A stretch of 24,000 nt of DNA from Candidatus Caldarchaeum sp. (GTDB lineage Archaea > Thermoproteota > Nitrososphaeria_A > Caldarchaeales > Caldarchaeaceae): contig JAWBKB010000013.1 of assembly GCA_038831915.1 (NCBI GenBank), forward strand, positions 1-24,000. The letters are read 5' to 3'. A program made the position numbers and the translations under genes. The notes below the pieces were generated by a model that did not search any database, had not been told where the DNA came from, and saw only the letters and a program-made list of their open reading frames with translations. Shown piece by piece: positions 1 through 9,254 of this stretch (position 1 is its first letter; every line of letters starts with the position of its first letter).

Positions 1-117
1 CTTCCCAACATACAGGCCTAAGGTATCAGAGAAGTGGATAAGGTCATGGATGACCTTAAGTTGACAGTCCCTGATGCACCACATGCTATGTTTAAATGAT
101 GCTGGGGTTCACGTGAT

Positions 118-987
118 GTGATTCACGGGAAGATGGGGTCTAAAGTCGTTGTCGAAATAGCGTTTGACACTCCGAGGCTGGAGGAGAAGCTTTTGGCCAA
201 AGCATTCGCCGCCAAAGGCGTAGAGCTGAGGCTGACCAACGTTCGTCAACATGTATTTGGTCTTCAGAAACCAGCCATCGATGTTTCGGTTGTGAGATGT
301 GTGTCGCTGTACAGCGCCATACACGTTGCCGCATTGAGGGAGGCGACTTCGACGAAAGCGATCAACTCTTCTCAGGCCATCGTATATGCAGGTGACAAGA
401 TTTTGACGGTCTCACGTCTAAAGGCTGCGAAACTTCCTGTTCCAAGGACCGCCGTTGCCTTAAACGGCGCCGCAGCCGAGAAAGCCTTGCAGAAGGTCGG
501 TCTTCCAGCTGTGGACAAGCCTCCCATCGGAAGCTGGGGAAGACTGGTCGCGCTGATTAAAGATGTAGACGATTTCAAGCTCGTGGCTGAACACCGTGAA
601 ATGCTGCCCAGCAGCTACATGAAAAGCCATCTAATCCAGGAATATATCGAACTTCCAAACAGAGACATTCGAACGTTCGTAGTCGGCGACGAGGTAGTCG
701 CAGCGATGTACCGTTACCGTGGTGCTGGAGATTGGCGGACGAACGTTGCATTGGGCGGCGAACCGGTTCAAGCTTTTCTCAACGACGAGCTCGTTGAAAT
801 GAGTTTGAAAGCGGCGAAATCCATGGGTGGAGAAATTGTGAGTATAGACCTTTTCGAAACAACTGACGGTAGTTACTTGGTTAATGAAGTCAACGGTGTG
901 CCAGAGTTCAAGGGACTGATGAAGGCGACGGGAATTGACATTCCCGCGAAAATCGCGGAATATGTCGTCGGGGTTATGAAGAGATAA
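118..987 (+). CDS. lysX: LysX/RimK-family ATP-grasp ligase, likely alpha-aminoadipate--LysW ligase (GTG start at 118, or ATG at 133)
   Basis: 289 aa ORF; ATP-grasp features (AVDKPPIGSWGR, FVVGDEVVAAMYR, NEVNGVPEFKG) typical of LysX/ArgX. TTTAAA at 91-96 lies upstream. Confidence 0.88.
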   Translation: MIHGKMGSKVVVEIAFDTPRLEEKLLAKAFAAKGVELRLTNVRQHVFGLQKPAIDVSVVRCVSLYSAIHVAALREATSTKAINSSQAIVYAGDKILTVSRLKAAKLPVPRTAVALNGAAAEKALQKVGLPAVDKPPIGSWGRLVALIKDVDDFKLVAEHREMLPSSYMKSHLIQEYIELPNRDIRTFVVGDEVVAAMYRYRGAGDWRTNVALGGEPVQAFLNDELVEMSLKAAKSMGGEIVSIDLFETTDGSYLVNEVNGVPEFKGLMKATGIDIPAKIAEYVVGVMKR

Positions 988-1462
988 TTTTACTCAAACA
1001 CCTGTGGCACGGCTTTTCACCTTTCGAATCTACCTCGTATACCGAATTGCTAAAATTCATCACGCAGCCTTGAGTGCTGCAATGCCGTAGCCCCAGTAAA
1101 TGGCCGACCTCGTGAACCGCTTCTTTCACAGCTCTTTCACGAGTTAAAGATTCGTCGCGGCTTCTCAGCCTGTAAATCGACACGATGGCTCCACGTCCGG
1201 GTGCGTATCCGAAAACAAAATTAAGGCCTGGCACGTACAAATCTTTGTCAGTGATTATCAGCTCATAGCCTTCCTTCGGCTTGACATAGTTCATCAAAAT
1301 TGATACGTCGTATTGCCGACGTGCAGGATTGTATGCCTTCTCCATTTCAGTCAAAAATGTTTCTTGAACGGTTGTCTGTAACCGGTAGATTTCCTGTATT
1401 TTTTCCGCTACCGCGGCAGCAATTGATTTGTCCGAGGTTGTGTTTAAAACCTTTAAACGCAC
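974..1462 (-). CDS. amzA: Archaemetzincin-like zinc metalloprotease
   Basis: HEVGHLLGLRHCSTQGCVMNFSNS...CHRC matches the archaemetzincin HExxHxxGx3Cx4CxM...CxxC signature. GTG start. Confidence 0.93.
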   Translation of the reverse strand: MRLKVLNTTSDKSIAAAVAEKIQEIYRLQTTVQETFLTEMEKAYNPARRQYDVSILMNYVKPKEGYELIITDKDLYVPGLNFVFGYAPGRGAIVSIYRLRSRDESLTRERAVKEAVHEVGHLLGLRHCSTQGCVMNFSNSVYEVDSKGEKPCHRCLSKIISS

Positions 1463-1484
1463 CGCAACACCTTAGAGGGAATAC

Positions 1485-2057
1485 GTGATTATATGGATAA
1501 CTGGCACACCCGGAGTTGGGAAAACCACCATCGGCAAAAAGATTGCGAAGCTCTACCGCTACAGGTGCATCGACCTGCCTGAATTCGTGACACAAACAGG
1601 GGTTGGCGAAGTTAAGCCCGATGGTATAGTTGTTGACGTTAGAAAGCTTCGTGGAACACTTGCACGTATGGTTGAAGATGACACGGTCTTCAGCGGTCAC
1701 ATCGTGGTCAAGCTACCGGGCCGAAGACAGAAATGCATAGTTTTGAGGTGCAACCCGTTAAAGCTGGCCAATAGGTTGAGGCGTAGGGGATATAGTTCGG
1801 AGAAGGTGGTCGAAAATGTTGAGGCCGAGTTCGTCGGTGTAGTTTATTTGGACGCGGTTAAACAGTTTGGACATAGAAACGTGTTTCAAGTGGACGTCAC
1901 GAAAAAAACTGTTTCGGAAACTGTTCGGTACTGCAGAGAAATTTTGGACGGTAAAGTAGTTGGAGACAAGGTCGACTGGCTTACAGACTTGGACGAGAAA
2001 GAGCTTGACCAGGTGTTAAGCCTGCTTGCTCGACCTATTTCCCGCCAAATGTTATAG
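1485..2057 (+). CDS. AK6/Fap7-type nucleotide kinase (putative adenylate kinase, small-subunit biogenesis factor)
   Basis: N-terminal P-loop MIIWITGTPGVGKTTIGKKIA, DLPEFV, CNPLKLANRLRRRGYSSEKVVENVEAE pattern of the Fap7/AK6 family. Confidence 0.88.
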   Translation: MIIWITGTPGVGKTTIGKKIAKLYRYRCIDLPEFVTQTGVGEVKPDGIVVDVRKLRGTLARMVEDDTVFSGHIVVKLPGRRQKCIVLRCNPLKLANRLRRRGYSSEKVVENVEAEFVGVVYLDAVKQFGHRNVFQVDVTKKTVSETVRYCREILDGKVVGDKVDWLTDLDEKELDQVLSLLARPISRQML

Positions 2058-2119
2058 ATTTTTATGGTACGGTTCGTCGTTTGTGGTTGGTACGTGTTGC
2101 TGATTTTCTGACCAATTAG

Positions 2120-3919
2120 GTGTCTGAAATGGTGTCTGACCACCGTGTAGCAGTTCTTGATCGAGACCTCTGTGATTCAAGGAAATGCGGTAACTGGCCT
2201 TGTATAACCTACTGCCCGCCAGTGAGGAACAACATAGAAGCCATTAAAATGGGTGAAGATGGCTTCCCCATTATCAGCGAAACTCTCTGCATCAGCTGTG
2301 GAATATGTGTGAAAAAATGCCCGTTTGAGGCCATCACGATCATAAATCTACCCACGGAGTTAAAAGAACATGTTGCACATCATTATGGCGTCAACAAGTT
2401 TAAGCTCTTCAGACTACCGTATCCTGAGGCAGGCAAAGTAGTTGGACTGATTGGAAAAAACGGTATTGGGAAATCAACCGCGCTGAAAATAATCGCAGGC
2501 CAGCTCATCCCTAATTTCGGCAATCTCGAAAGACCCGTGACATGGGAAGAAGCTTCAAGGTTTTTCAGAGGATCGCTTGTTCAAGAACATTTGCGTAGCA
2601 TCGCTAAAGGGGAGGCGAAAATCTCCTACAAGCCTCAGAACATTGCGGACATTCCTAAAGTCGTGCGCGGCAAAGTCAAGGAAATTCTTCTACGCATCGG
2701 TGATGAAAAAATCGTTGAACATGTAATGGAGAAGCTTGAATTAACGAAGTTGGCTGACCGTGATGTCGGTGTTTTGAGTGGCGGCGAGCTGCAGCGCCTT
2801 GCTGTGGCAGCATGTATCCTACGGAAAGCAAACGTCTACGTTCTAGACGAGCCATCAAGCTATCTCGACATCCGCCAAAGGATGAGGATGGTCGAAGCGG
2901 TTAGGGAAGTCGCGAACAAATCGGTTAAAATCGTGGTCGCCGATCACGACCTGGCGGTTCTCGACTATTTTTCCGACGTGATTTTCCTGTTCTACGGCGA
3001 ACCATCGGTGTACGGGGTGGTCGCAGGACCATATGGAGTACGTGAAGGAATCAACATCTTCGTCGAAGGATACATCCCTGACGAAAACATGAGGTTTAGG
3101 CCTGAGAAAATCGATTTTCAGGTAAAGCCTCCGACGCGTGAAGTCGAGCCGTCTGCGGAACGGCTACGCTGGCCTTCGTTTACCAAAACCTTCGAAGGGT
3201 TTAGGCTAGAGGTTTCAGAAGGCTGGGTGGCTCGAGGCGAAGTGCTGGGAATTCTAGGCCCCAACGGCATAGGAAAAACAACGTTCGCATCAATAATCGC
3301 CGGACAAATGTCGACCGACCAAGGCTATTCCTTCGACCCCAAAGCCGTTAGCTACAAGCCCCAGTATCCGATCGCCGAAGACATAGCTGTTGAACAGTTT
3401 TTGAGAAACGCGGCTGGGGACGACTTTGACACGGCTCTATATCAATCAACAATCCTGCGTCCCTTCGGCTTGGAAAAACTTTTAGATAAAAACATGACGG
3501 AGCTCAGTGGCGGAGAGCTGCAAAAAGTAGTTGTAGCCGGATGTTTGAGTAAAAAAGCCGACATCTACATTTTGGACGAGCCGAGCGCGTTTCTCGACGT
3601 CGAAGAAAGATACCACATGGCTAAGATTTTGAAAAGGCTTGCCCTGGACGCGAAAGTATACGTTCTATTGGTTGAACATGACTTCACCGTTCTTGACTTT
3701 GCTTCTTCGGCGTTGATGGTTTTTGACGGTGAGCCCGGTGTCCGTGGATATGCTAATCCCCCCATAGACCTCCGGAAGGGTTTCAACATCTTTCTAGCAC
3801 AGATGGGTGTTACGTTTCGACGTGACCATGCGACCAAACGGCCCCGGATAAACAAAAAAGATTCCCAGCTTGACCGGATGCAGAAACAGCTGGGCGAATA
3901 TTATTATATTTCAACATAA
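2120..3919 (+). CDS. ABCE1/Rli1 ribosome-recycling ATPase (alternative start ATG 2129)
   Basis: N-terminal double 4Fe-4S domain (CISCGICVKKCPFEAI), two ABC domains with GKNGIGKST / GPNGIGKTT and LSGGELQRLAVAACI / LSGGELQKVVVAGCL, plus YILDEPS motifs. Confidence 0.97.
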   Translation: MSEMVSDHRVAVLDRDLCDSRKCGNWPCITYCPPVRNNIEAIKMGEDGFPIISETLCISCGICVKKCPFEAITIINLPTELKEHVAHHYGVNKFKLFRLPYPEAGKVVGLIGKNGIGKSTALKIIAGQLIPNFGNLERPVTWEEASRFFRGSLVQEHLRSIAKGEAKISYKPQNIADIPKVVRGKVKEILLRIGDEKIVEHVMEKLELTKLADRDVGVLSGGELQRLAVAACILRKANVYVLDEPSSYLDIRQRMRMVEAVREVANKSVKIVVADHDLAVLDYFSDVIFLFYGEPSVYGVVAGPYGVREGINIFVEGYIPDENMRFRPEKIDFQVKPPTREVEPSAERLRWPSFTKTFEGFRLEVSEGWVARGEVLGILGPNGIGKTTFASIIAGQMSTDQGYSFDPKAVSYKPQYPIAEDIAVEQFLRNAAGDDFDTALYQSTILRPFGLEKLLDKNMTELSGGELQKVVVAGCLSKKADIYILDEPSAFLDVEERYHMAKILKRLALDAKVYVLLVEHDFTVLDFASSALMVFDGEPGVRGYANPPIDLRKGFNIFLAQMGVTFRRDHATKRPRINKKDSQLDRMQKQLGEYYYIST

Positions 3920-3939
3920 ATTTTGGAAGATGTGAAAGA

Positions 3940-3979
3940 TTCGCTACCTCGGGCAAAGTTTTATACCTACCGTAGCGAA
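3940..3979. repeat. 8-bp inverted repeat TTCGCTAC ... GTAGCGAA flanking the TATA box of the CDC48 gene
   Basis: TTCGCTAC at 3940-3947 and its exact reverse complement GTAGCGAA at 3972-3979, enclosing GTTTTATACC. Confidence 0.6.
3958..3966 (+). promoter_or_regulatory. TATA box for the CDC48-like gene
   Basis: TTTTATACC centred about 30 nt upstream of ATG 3993, consistent with a leaderless archaeal transcript. Confidence 0.6.
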
Positions 3980-3992
3980 CGCTGAATAGGTC

Positions 3993-6176
3993 ATGTCTTC
4001 ATCAACTCAACCGGGTAAAAAGAAAGAGCTTAGCCTGCGTGTGGCGGAAGCCCGTCAGAGGGACATCGGACGTAAGATAGCGAGAGTTGATAGCATGGGG
4101 ATGAAAGAGCTTGAACTCAGTCCGGGCGACCTCATCGAAATTTCGGGTAGAAGGACTACGGTCGCGATTGTCTGGCCTCCCTACAAAGAGGACGACGGTC
4201 AGGGAATTATTCGAATTGACGGGGAAATTCGCCGCAACTCCGGCGTCAGCGTCGGAGAATATGTTAGGGTCAGCAAAACAACCGCAAAACCTGCGACGAA
4301 GATTGTTCTCGCTCCCTTCGAACCGCTTCCTTTCGTCGGTGACTTTGGGAGAATAGTTAGAAGCCAGCTGCTCAACATGCCAGTGGCGAAAGGAGACATC
4401 ATCGTCGTCCCGGTTCTCGGCATGGGTGTTGAGCTTAAAGTCAGTTCGACAAGCCCATCTCCAATAGTCATGGTTACTGAAAGCACGGTTGTCGAAATAA
4501 GCACGACCACCGCGAAAAGAATTGAAGAGGTTTCAGGAGTAACGTATGAAGATATTGGCGGTCTTCATGAAGAACTCCAGCGCATTCGTGAAATGATAGA
4601 GCTACCGCTCAAACATCCCGAGCTGTTCAGACATCTTGGAATAGAGCCTCCGAAAGGCGTGATTCTTTACGGTCCGCCCGGCACCGGTAAAACGCTTATC
4701 GCCAAAGCCATAGCGAATGAAACCGGGGCGCATTTTGTCTCGATAAACGGTCCAGAAATCATGAGTAAATTCTACGGTGAATCTGAAGCAAGGCTGAGAG
4801 AAGTTTTTCAGGAAGCCGAGCAAAACGCGCCATCGATTGTTTTCATCGATGAGCTTGACGCCATCGCTCCTAAACGAGGAGAAGTAACGGGCGAAGTAGA
4901 GCGAAGGGTCGTTTCACAGCTGTTAACGTTGATGGATGGATTGAAAAGCCGCGGACAAGTCATCGTCATCGGAGCCACAAACAGAATTGAGGCAATAGAC
5001 CCTGCTTTGAGACGGCCTGGCAGGTTTGACCGCGAAATTCGAATAGGCGTCCCAGACCGCAACGGCAGGAAAGAAATCCTTCTGATACACACGCGTCGCA
5101 TGCCTTTAGCCGAAGATGTCAACATCGATGAATTAGCCGATATAACTCATGGTTTTGTCGGAGCCGACATTGCAGCCTTGACACGTGAGGCGGCTATGAA
5201 CGCGCTCCGCCGCTTCCTGCCGCAAATCGATTTGGAGAAAGAAGTCATTCCTGCGGAAGTCTTGGAGAAGATTAAGGTTACCCGAGAGGATTTCGCCAAC
5301 GCGTTGCGGACTATTCAGCCATCAGCTCTACGTGAAGTGGTTCTCGAAGTGCCGAATGTTAAGTGGGAGGACATCGGCGGGCTCGAAGCCGTGAAACAGG
5401 AGCTTCGGGAAGCGGTCGAATGGCCTCTCAAATATCCAGAAGTGTTTAAACGTCTGGGTATCAGGCCTCCACGCGGCATTTTGCTCTACGGGCCTCCTGG
5501 AACCGGTAAAACGCTGCTCGCGAAAGCTGTTGCGACCGAAAGCCAGGCCAACTTCATCAGCGTCAAAGGCCCCGAAGTTCTGTCGAAATGGGTGGGTGAG
5601 TCGGAGAAAGCCGTTCGGGAAATTTTCCGCAAAGCACGTGAAACAGCTCCCTGCATCATCTTCTTCGACGAACTTGACTCCATCGCACCACGGAGGGGAA
5701 TTCACACAGATGCCGGCGTGACAGACCGCATAGTCAACCAGCTACTCACTGAGATGGACGGTATGCAGTCTTTGAAAGGCGTTGTCGTCATGGGGGCGAC
5801 AAACCGGCCAGACATCCTCGACCCAGCGCTTCTGAGACCAGGTAGGTTTGACAGAGTGCTTTACGTGCCGCCGCCTGATAAAGCCGCACGCCTCGCCATA
5901 TTTAAGATTCACACACGTGAAATGCCGCTTGACAAAGACGTCGACCTAGAGCAACTTGCCGCCATAACGGAGGGATACACGGGCGCAGACATCGAAGCAG
6001 TTGTAAGAGAGGCTGCAATACTTGCTGCGAGGGAAAACATCAGCGCCCAAGTGGTTTCGCTCCGGCATTTCGAAAAAGCCTTGGCTAAGATAAAGCCCAG
6101 CGTGGGAGCTGAGGAGAAAGCCGAATACGACCGAATCGTCAGCAACTTCAAGAAATCCATGGCATACATCGGCTGA
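3993..6176 (+). CDS. CDC48/p97/VAT family double-AAA ATPase
   Basis: N domain plus two AAA modules: [17 protein letters not shown] / [12 protein letters not shown] and [17 protein letters not shown] / [13 protein letters not shown]. Confidence 0.97.
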   Translation: MSSSTQPGKKKELSLRVAEARQRDIGRKIARVDSMGMKELELSPGDLIEISGRRTTVAIVWPPYKEDDGQGIIRIDGEIRRNSGVSVGEYVRVSKTTAKPATKIVLAPFEPLPFVGDFGRIVRSQLLNMPVAKGDIIVVPVLGMGVELKVSSTSPSPIVMVTESTVVEISTTTAKRIEEVSGVTYEDIGGLHEELQRIREMIELPLKHPELFRHLGIEPPKGVILYGPPGTGKTLIAKAIANETGAHFVSINGPEIMSKFYGESEARLREVFQEAEQNAPSIVFIDELDAIAPKRGEVTGEVERRVVSQLLTLMDGLKSRGQVIVIGATNRIEAIDPALRRPGRFDREIRIGVPDRNGRKEILLIHTRRMPLAEDVNIDELADITHGFVGADIAALTREAAMNALRRFLPQIDLEKEVIPAEVLEKIKVTREDFANALRTIQPSALREVVLEVPNVKWEDIGGLEAVKQELREAVEWPLKYPEVFKRLGIRPPRGILLYGPPGTGKTLLAKAVATESQANFISVKGPEVLSKWVGESEKAVREIFRKARETAPCIIFFDELDSIAPRRGIHTDAGVTDRIVNQLLTEMDGMQSLKGVVVMGATNRPDILDPALLRPGRFDRVLYVPPPDKAARLAIFKIHTREMPLDKDVDLEQLAAITEGYTGADIEAVVREAAILAARENISAQVVSLRHFEKALAKIKPSVGAEEKAEYDRIVSNFKKSMAYIG

Positions 6177-6284
6177 CAGCATCCCCACATATATTCAAGG
6201 TATTTCTCACGTAATCTTCTACGTCTCCTGTGATGTCAAGCGATAAATACATCGAGGCGAGGCCGTGGAATCGAGGTAAGAAAA

Positions 6285-6905
6285 ATGCGAGTTCCGTGGA
6301 AAAGAGAACCGGTTCAAGCGCCTGCGGTAGTAGCTCCCGTCAACTACCAAGACCGGATGCTGGAAATATTGACACAGCTGAAGATACAGAACGAAAAGCT
6401 GAATAGAACCATCGAACGTCTAAAGCACCGCGGCAAAGAACTTTTCGAGCAATGCGTTCGCGCTGAGCAGGAAAAAGATACTGCTAGAGCAACGATTTAC
6501 GCCAACGAAATTGCTCAGCTGAGAAAAATGACGAGAACGCTTCTGGCCAGCCACATGTCACTCGATAAAGTCGTGTTGCGTCTCGAGACAGTTAAAGAAT
6601 TCGGCGATGTAATGCATGTGCTCGGCCCTGCTACTCAGATCATCAAGCAGGTTCAGCACGAAATTTCCGGCATCGTTCCCGAAGTAGCTCACAGCCTACG
6701 AAGAGTTGACGAAATGCTGGAAAGCATCATCATCGAAGCGGGCAACGTCACGGGTGGAAGCGTCTACGTCTCGGTAAGCGACCCCGAAGCCCAGAAAATC
6801 ATGGAGGAAGCCGCTGAAGTCGCCGCTCAACGGATGAAAACAAACTTCCCCGAACTACCAGAGACATACCAACATCTCGAACCCGCCGCGAACAAAGCCG
6901 ACTAA
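6285..6905 (+). CDS. Snf7/ESCRT-III family protein, CdvB-like
   Basis: 206 aa, basic helical N-terminal half and acidic C-terminal half; LKIQNEKLNRTIERLKHRGKELFEQC...AQLRKMTRTLLASHMSLDKVVLRLETV resembles archaeal CdvB paralogues. Confidence 0.8.
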   Translation: MRVPWKREPVQAPAVVAPVNYQDRMLEILTQLKIQNEKLNRTIERLKHRGKELFEQCVRAEQEKDTARATIYANEIAQLRKMTRTLLASHMSLDKVVLRLETVKEFGDVMHVLGPATQIIKQVQHEISGIVPEVAHSLRRVDEMLESIIIEAGNVTGGSVYVSVSDPEAQKIMEEAAEVAAQRMKTNFPELPETYQHLEPAANKAD

Positions 6906-7804
6906 ACAATTTTTTCCACCATAATTTTTTTGAACGAATCAGGCGGAGCAGATCCTCTGAAAGTTTCTGGATGAATTATTTCGCCGAGTATTAATGCTGC
7001 ATCGCCGATGCGCGGCCCGTGACGGCTGAAATATGGTTCAGCATCAACCGCGTAAATTTCGTCACGAACATATGCTTCAAGGGTTTTCAGCATCGGTTGT
7101 TTCACAAATTGGGAAAGCTCTTTCATGACTTTGTCCAACACGTATCCGCAAGGCCCAGCGATTATTTTTGACGGCTGGAAGAGCGCGAGCTCATCAAAGG
7201 TTATTCTGCGCGAATGGCTGCCTTTGACACCGATGTCGACGCCGCCAGCTATTTCGACAAGCTCGGGAACCCAGTGCCCGCTACAAAACAGCGGAAACAA
7301 CCATTCAAGAAACGCGGATTTGATTTTGTATAACCCCTCGGCTCGCGTCCTAACGAAGTCAATTCTCTCCTTGATTTTTCCCAACAGTTCACGTGCTTCG
7401 TTCAGTCTTCCAACGAATTTTCCAATCACCAAAATGTCTTCGAGAATTTCATCGACGCTTTTGGGATGAACCCCGATGACAGGAGCTATTCCATGCAAAC
7501 TAATAGACACTCGGCTTGACGTTATCGCGCAGACATCGCAAACATCCTGCGCAAAGACAACGTCAGGCCTCAAAGATTTAATCCGTTCAACATCGAGACT
7601 GTAAAGACTTTCGCCCCGTCGGCTGGCTTCCGATACGCGTCTGTCTATTTCGTCGGAAGGAAGATCTTCAGTGTTGATGACGGGCTTTACAACGACTGGT
7701 TTGGACTTCAATGAGCAGGCGTAATTCACCGCGATTATCTCATCAACGGCTCCAAGCTCGACGAGAATGTCGGTCACGCTTGGAACCAGTGAAACAACAC
7801 GCAC
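6902..7804 (-). CDS. BtuF-like (cobalamin/Fe siderophore) periplasmic-binding-fold protein without signal peptide
   Basis: MRVVSLVPSVTDILVELGAVDEIIAV, LRPDVVFAQDVCDVCA, WVPELVEIAGG, PSKIIAGPCGY are typical of the orphan cobalamin-binding-protein family. No N-terminal hydrophobic signal. Confidence 0.82.
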   Translation of the reverse strand: MRVVSLVPSVTDILVELGAVDEIIAVNYACSLKSKPVVVKPVINTEDLPSDEIDRRVSEASRRGESLYSLDVERIKSLRPDVVFAQDVCDVCAITSSRVSISLHGIAPVIGVHPKSVDEILEDILVIGKFVGRLNEARELLGKIKERIDFVRTRAEGLYKIKSAFLEWLFPLFCSGHWVPELVEIAGGVDIGVKGSHSRRITFDELALFQPSKIIAGPCGYVLDKVMKELSQFVKQPMLKTLEAYVRDEIYAVDAEPYFSRHGPRIGDAALILGEIIHPETFRGSAPPDSFKKIMVEKIV

Positions 7805-7873
7805 GCTTTAGCGGCAAGCTTTGACGGTTTTATCTTTTTTGGAAAAGTGAAATAATGGCGTTGCTGGCATGGA

Positions 7874-8653
7874 GTGATGGATTTTTCTGAAGCTGTTCTG
7901 CTCGGTGTTTTGCAGGGGATGGCTGAATGGCTACCTGTTAGCAGCGAAGGACTCGTATCTCTTGTTTCGAAGCTTTACTATGGCAGAAGCCTTGAAAGCG
8001 CTCTGGCTGCGGCGATATGGCTCCATGTCGGAACTTTTTTCTCCGCCTTGATTTACCTCCGCTCCGACATAGCTAAAATAATGACTGGGTTTCGGAAGCA
8101 AGGGGAGGAAAGAAGATTGTTGATTTTTCTGGTGGCGGCAACCGCTAGCTCGGCGTTGACAGCACTTCCCATCGTGTTTTTTCTCCGCGAACTGAGTATT
8201 GCAGACTGGCTTTTCACCGTTGCCGTCGGATTGCTTTTGCTATTAACGGGGTTGTTGCCGCGGAAAGCGCTGCGTACAAACTGGGTAGAAAGTGCCTCAC
8301 ATGGGTGGGTTATCGGGCTGGTTCAAGGGTTGTCAATCATCCCCGGGGTAAGCCGTTCAGGCGTAACCATCACTACTCTGCTTCTGCTCGGCGCCCCCAC
8401 TTACCATGCGTTTAGGCTGAGCTATCTGATGAGCATACCAGTGGTCGCTGGTGCACAAATACTGTTACCGCTTTTTTTCGGTGTGCAGGTCTTCACGTCT
8501 GAAATGCTGGTAGGAGCTGTTGCCGCCTTTGTCACTGGGTTTCTCATGATGAAAATGCTTTTGACGGCGAGCGCGAAACTCGACCACCGTGTTTTCATGA
8601 TACCACTCGGAGCGGCAATCTTTTTCATAGGAATTTTGATGGTTTTTCAGTAG
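7874..8653 (+). CDS. uppP: Undecaprenyl-diphosphatase (UppP/BacA) family membrane phosphatase
   Basis: LQGMAEWLPVSSEG and GLVQGLSIIPGVSRSGVTIT motifs; multiple TM helices. Confidence 0.92.
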   Translation: MMDFSEAVLLGVLQGMAEWLPVSSEGLVSLVSKLYYGRSLESALAAAIWLHVGTFFSALIYLRSDIAKIMTGFRKQGEERRLLIFLVAATASSALTALPIVFFLRELSIADWLFTVAVGLLLLLTGLLPRKALRTNWVESASHGWVIGLVQGLSIIPGVSRSGVTITTLLLLGAPTYHAFRLSYLMSIPVVAGAQILLPLFFGVQVFTSEMLVGAVAAFVTGFLMMKMLLTASAKLDHRVFMIPLGAAIFFIGILMVFQ

Positions 8654-9252
8654 CCCATTCTCGGCGGATAAAGACCACCGGTTTTCCGTCTTCGAGCATA
8701 TTCGTTAACCATGCGGTAGACCGCGCCGTGAGGAGCCCCTCTCACCAATGTGAGCAAAGCTTCTTCAGCCGCTCGAACATCCTCGAATTCTCCTATGATT
8801 GAAACGGTGTCACCGTAAACCGAAACGTCGACGTGACAAGTTTCTTCGATGATTTTCCTAGTTTTCCCCTGCGACCCAATCACACGAGCCTTAACTCTGG
8901 TCAGGTGGTTAATACTGTCGCCCACGTGTTCAGTTAAATCGATTACAGCTAAAACGTATCCGTCTCTCGTCAACTTCAATGCTTTTTCAGGTGGAAAACC
9001 TCTACCAATCGCTGTCACGATGTCTCTTGCCTTGAAGAGGGAGGTGGGGTCGCCTCCTTGCTCAACGGGTTTGGCGAGGTTGATTATGACCGTTCCTTCT
9101 TTACTGTCAACCATTAACTCCACGCCCAAAATTCGCTCTATTTCGGATTTTACTGAGCCGCCCTCTCCAATCAGAACTCCTATCCTCTCCTTTGGAATAT
9201 TCACAACGAACGACGACTGTGTAACGCCTTTAAACTGCGAAGGCCCGCTCAT
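8647..9252 (-). CDS. KH-domain RNA-binding protein, archaeal Dim2/Pno1-like
   Basis: Two KH regions (VLIGEGGSVKSEIE; ARVIGSQGKTRKIIEE) and IGRGFPPEKALKL; 2 nt downstream of RIO1 on the same strand. Confidence 0.92.
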   Translation of the reverse strand: MSGPSQFKGVTQSSFVVNIPKERIGVLIGEGGSVKSEIERILGVELMVDSKEGTVIINLAKPVEQGGDPTSLFKARDIVTAIGRGFPPEKALKLTRDGYVLAVIDLTEHVGDSINHLTRVKARVIGSQGKTRKIIEETCHVDVSVYGDTVSIIGEFEDVRAAEEALLTLVRGAPHGAVYRMVNEYARRRKTGGLYPPRMGY

Positions 9253-9254
9253 TT

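Noticed and set aside
1-99. Short open stretch GIREVDKVMDDLKLTVPDAPHAMFK before lysX
   Set aside because: Only about 25 codons after an in-frame stop, with no recognisable similarity to LysW or any family; likely chance or intergenic.
6147-6176. Possible HbYX proteasome-docking motif at the CDC48 C-terminus
   Set aside because: The protein ends KKSMAYIG. Tyr is third from the end rather than penultimate, so it does not meet the HbYX pattern.
6233-6405. Alternate-frame small ORF MSSDKYIEARPWNRGKKNASS... overlapping the ESCRT-III start
   Set aside because: Overlaps the confident CdvB-like frame; the main ORF has a plausible ATG at 6285 and no slippery site supports frameshifting.
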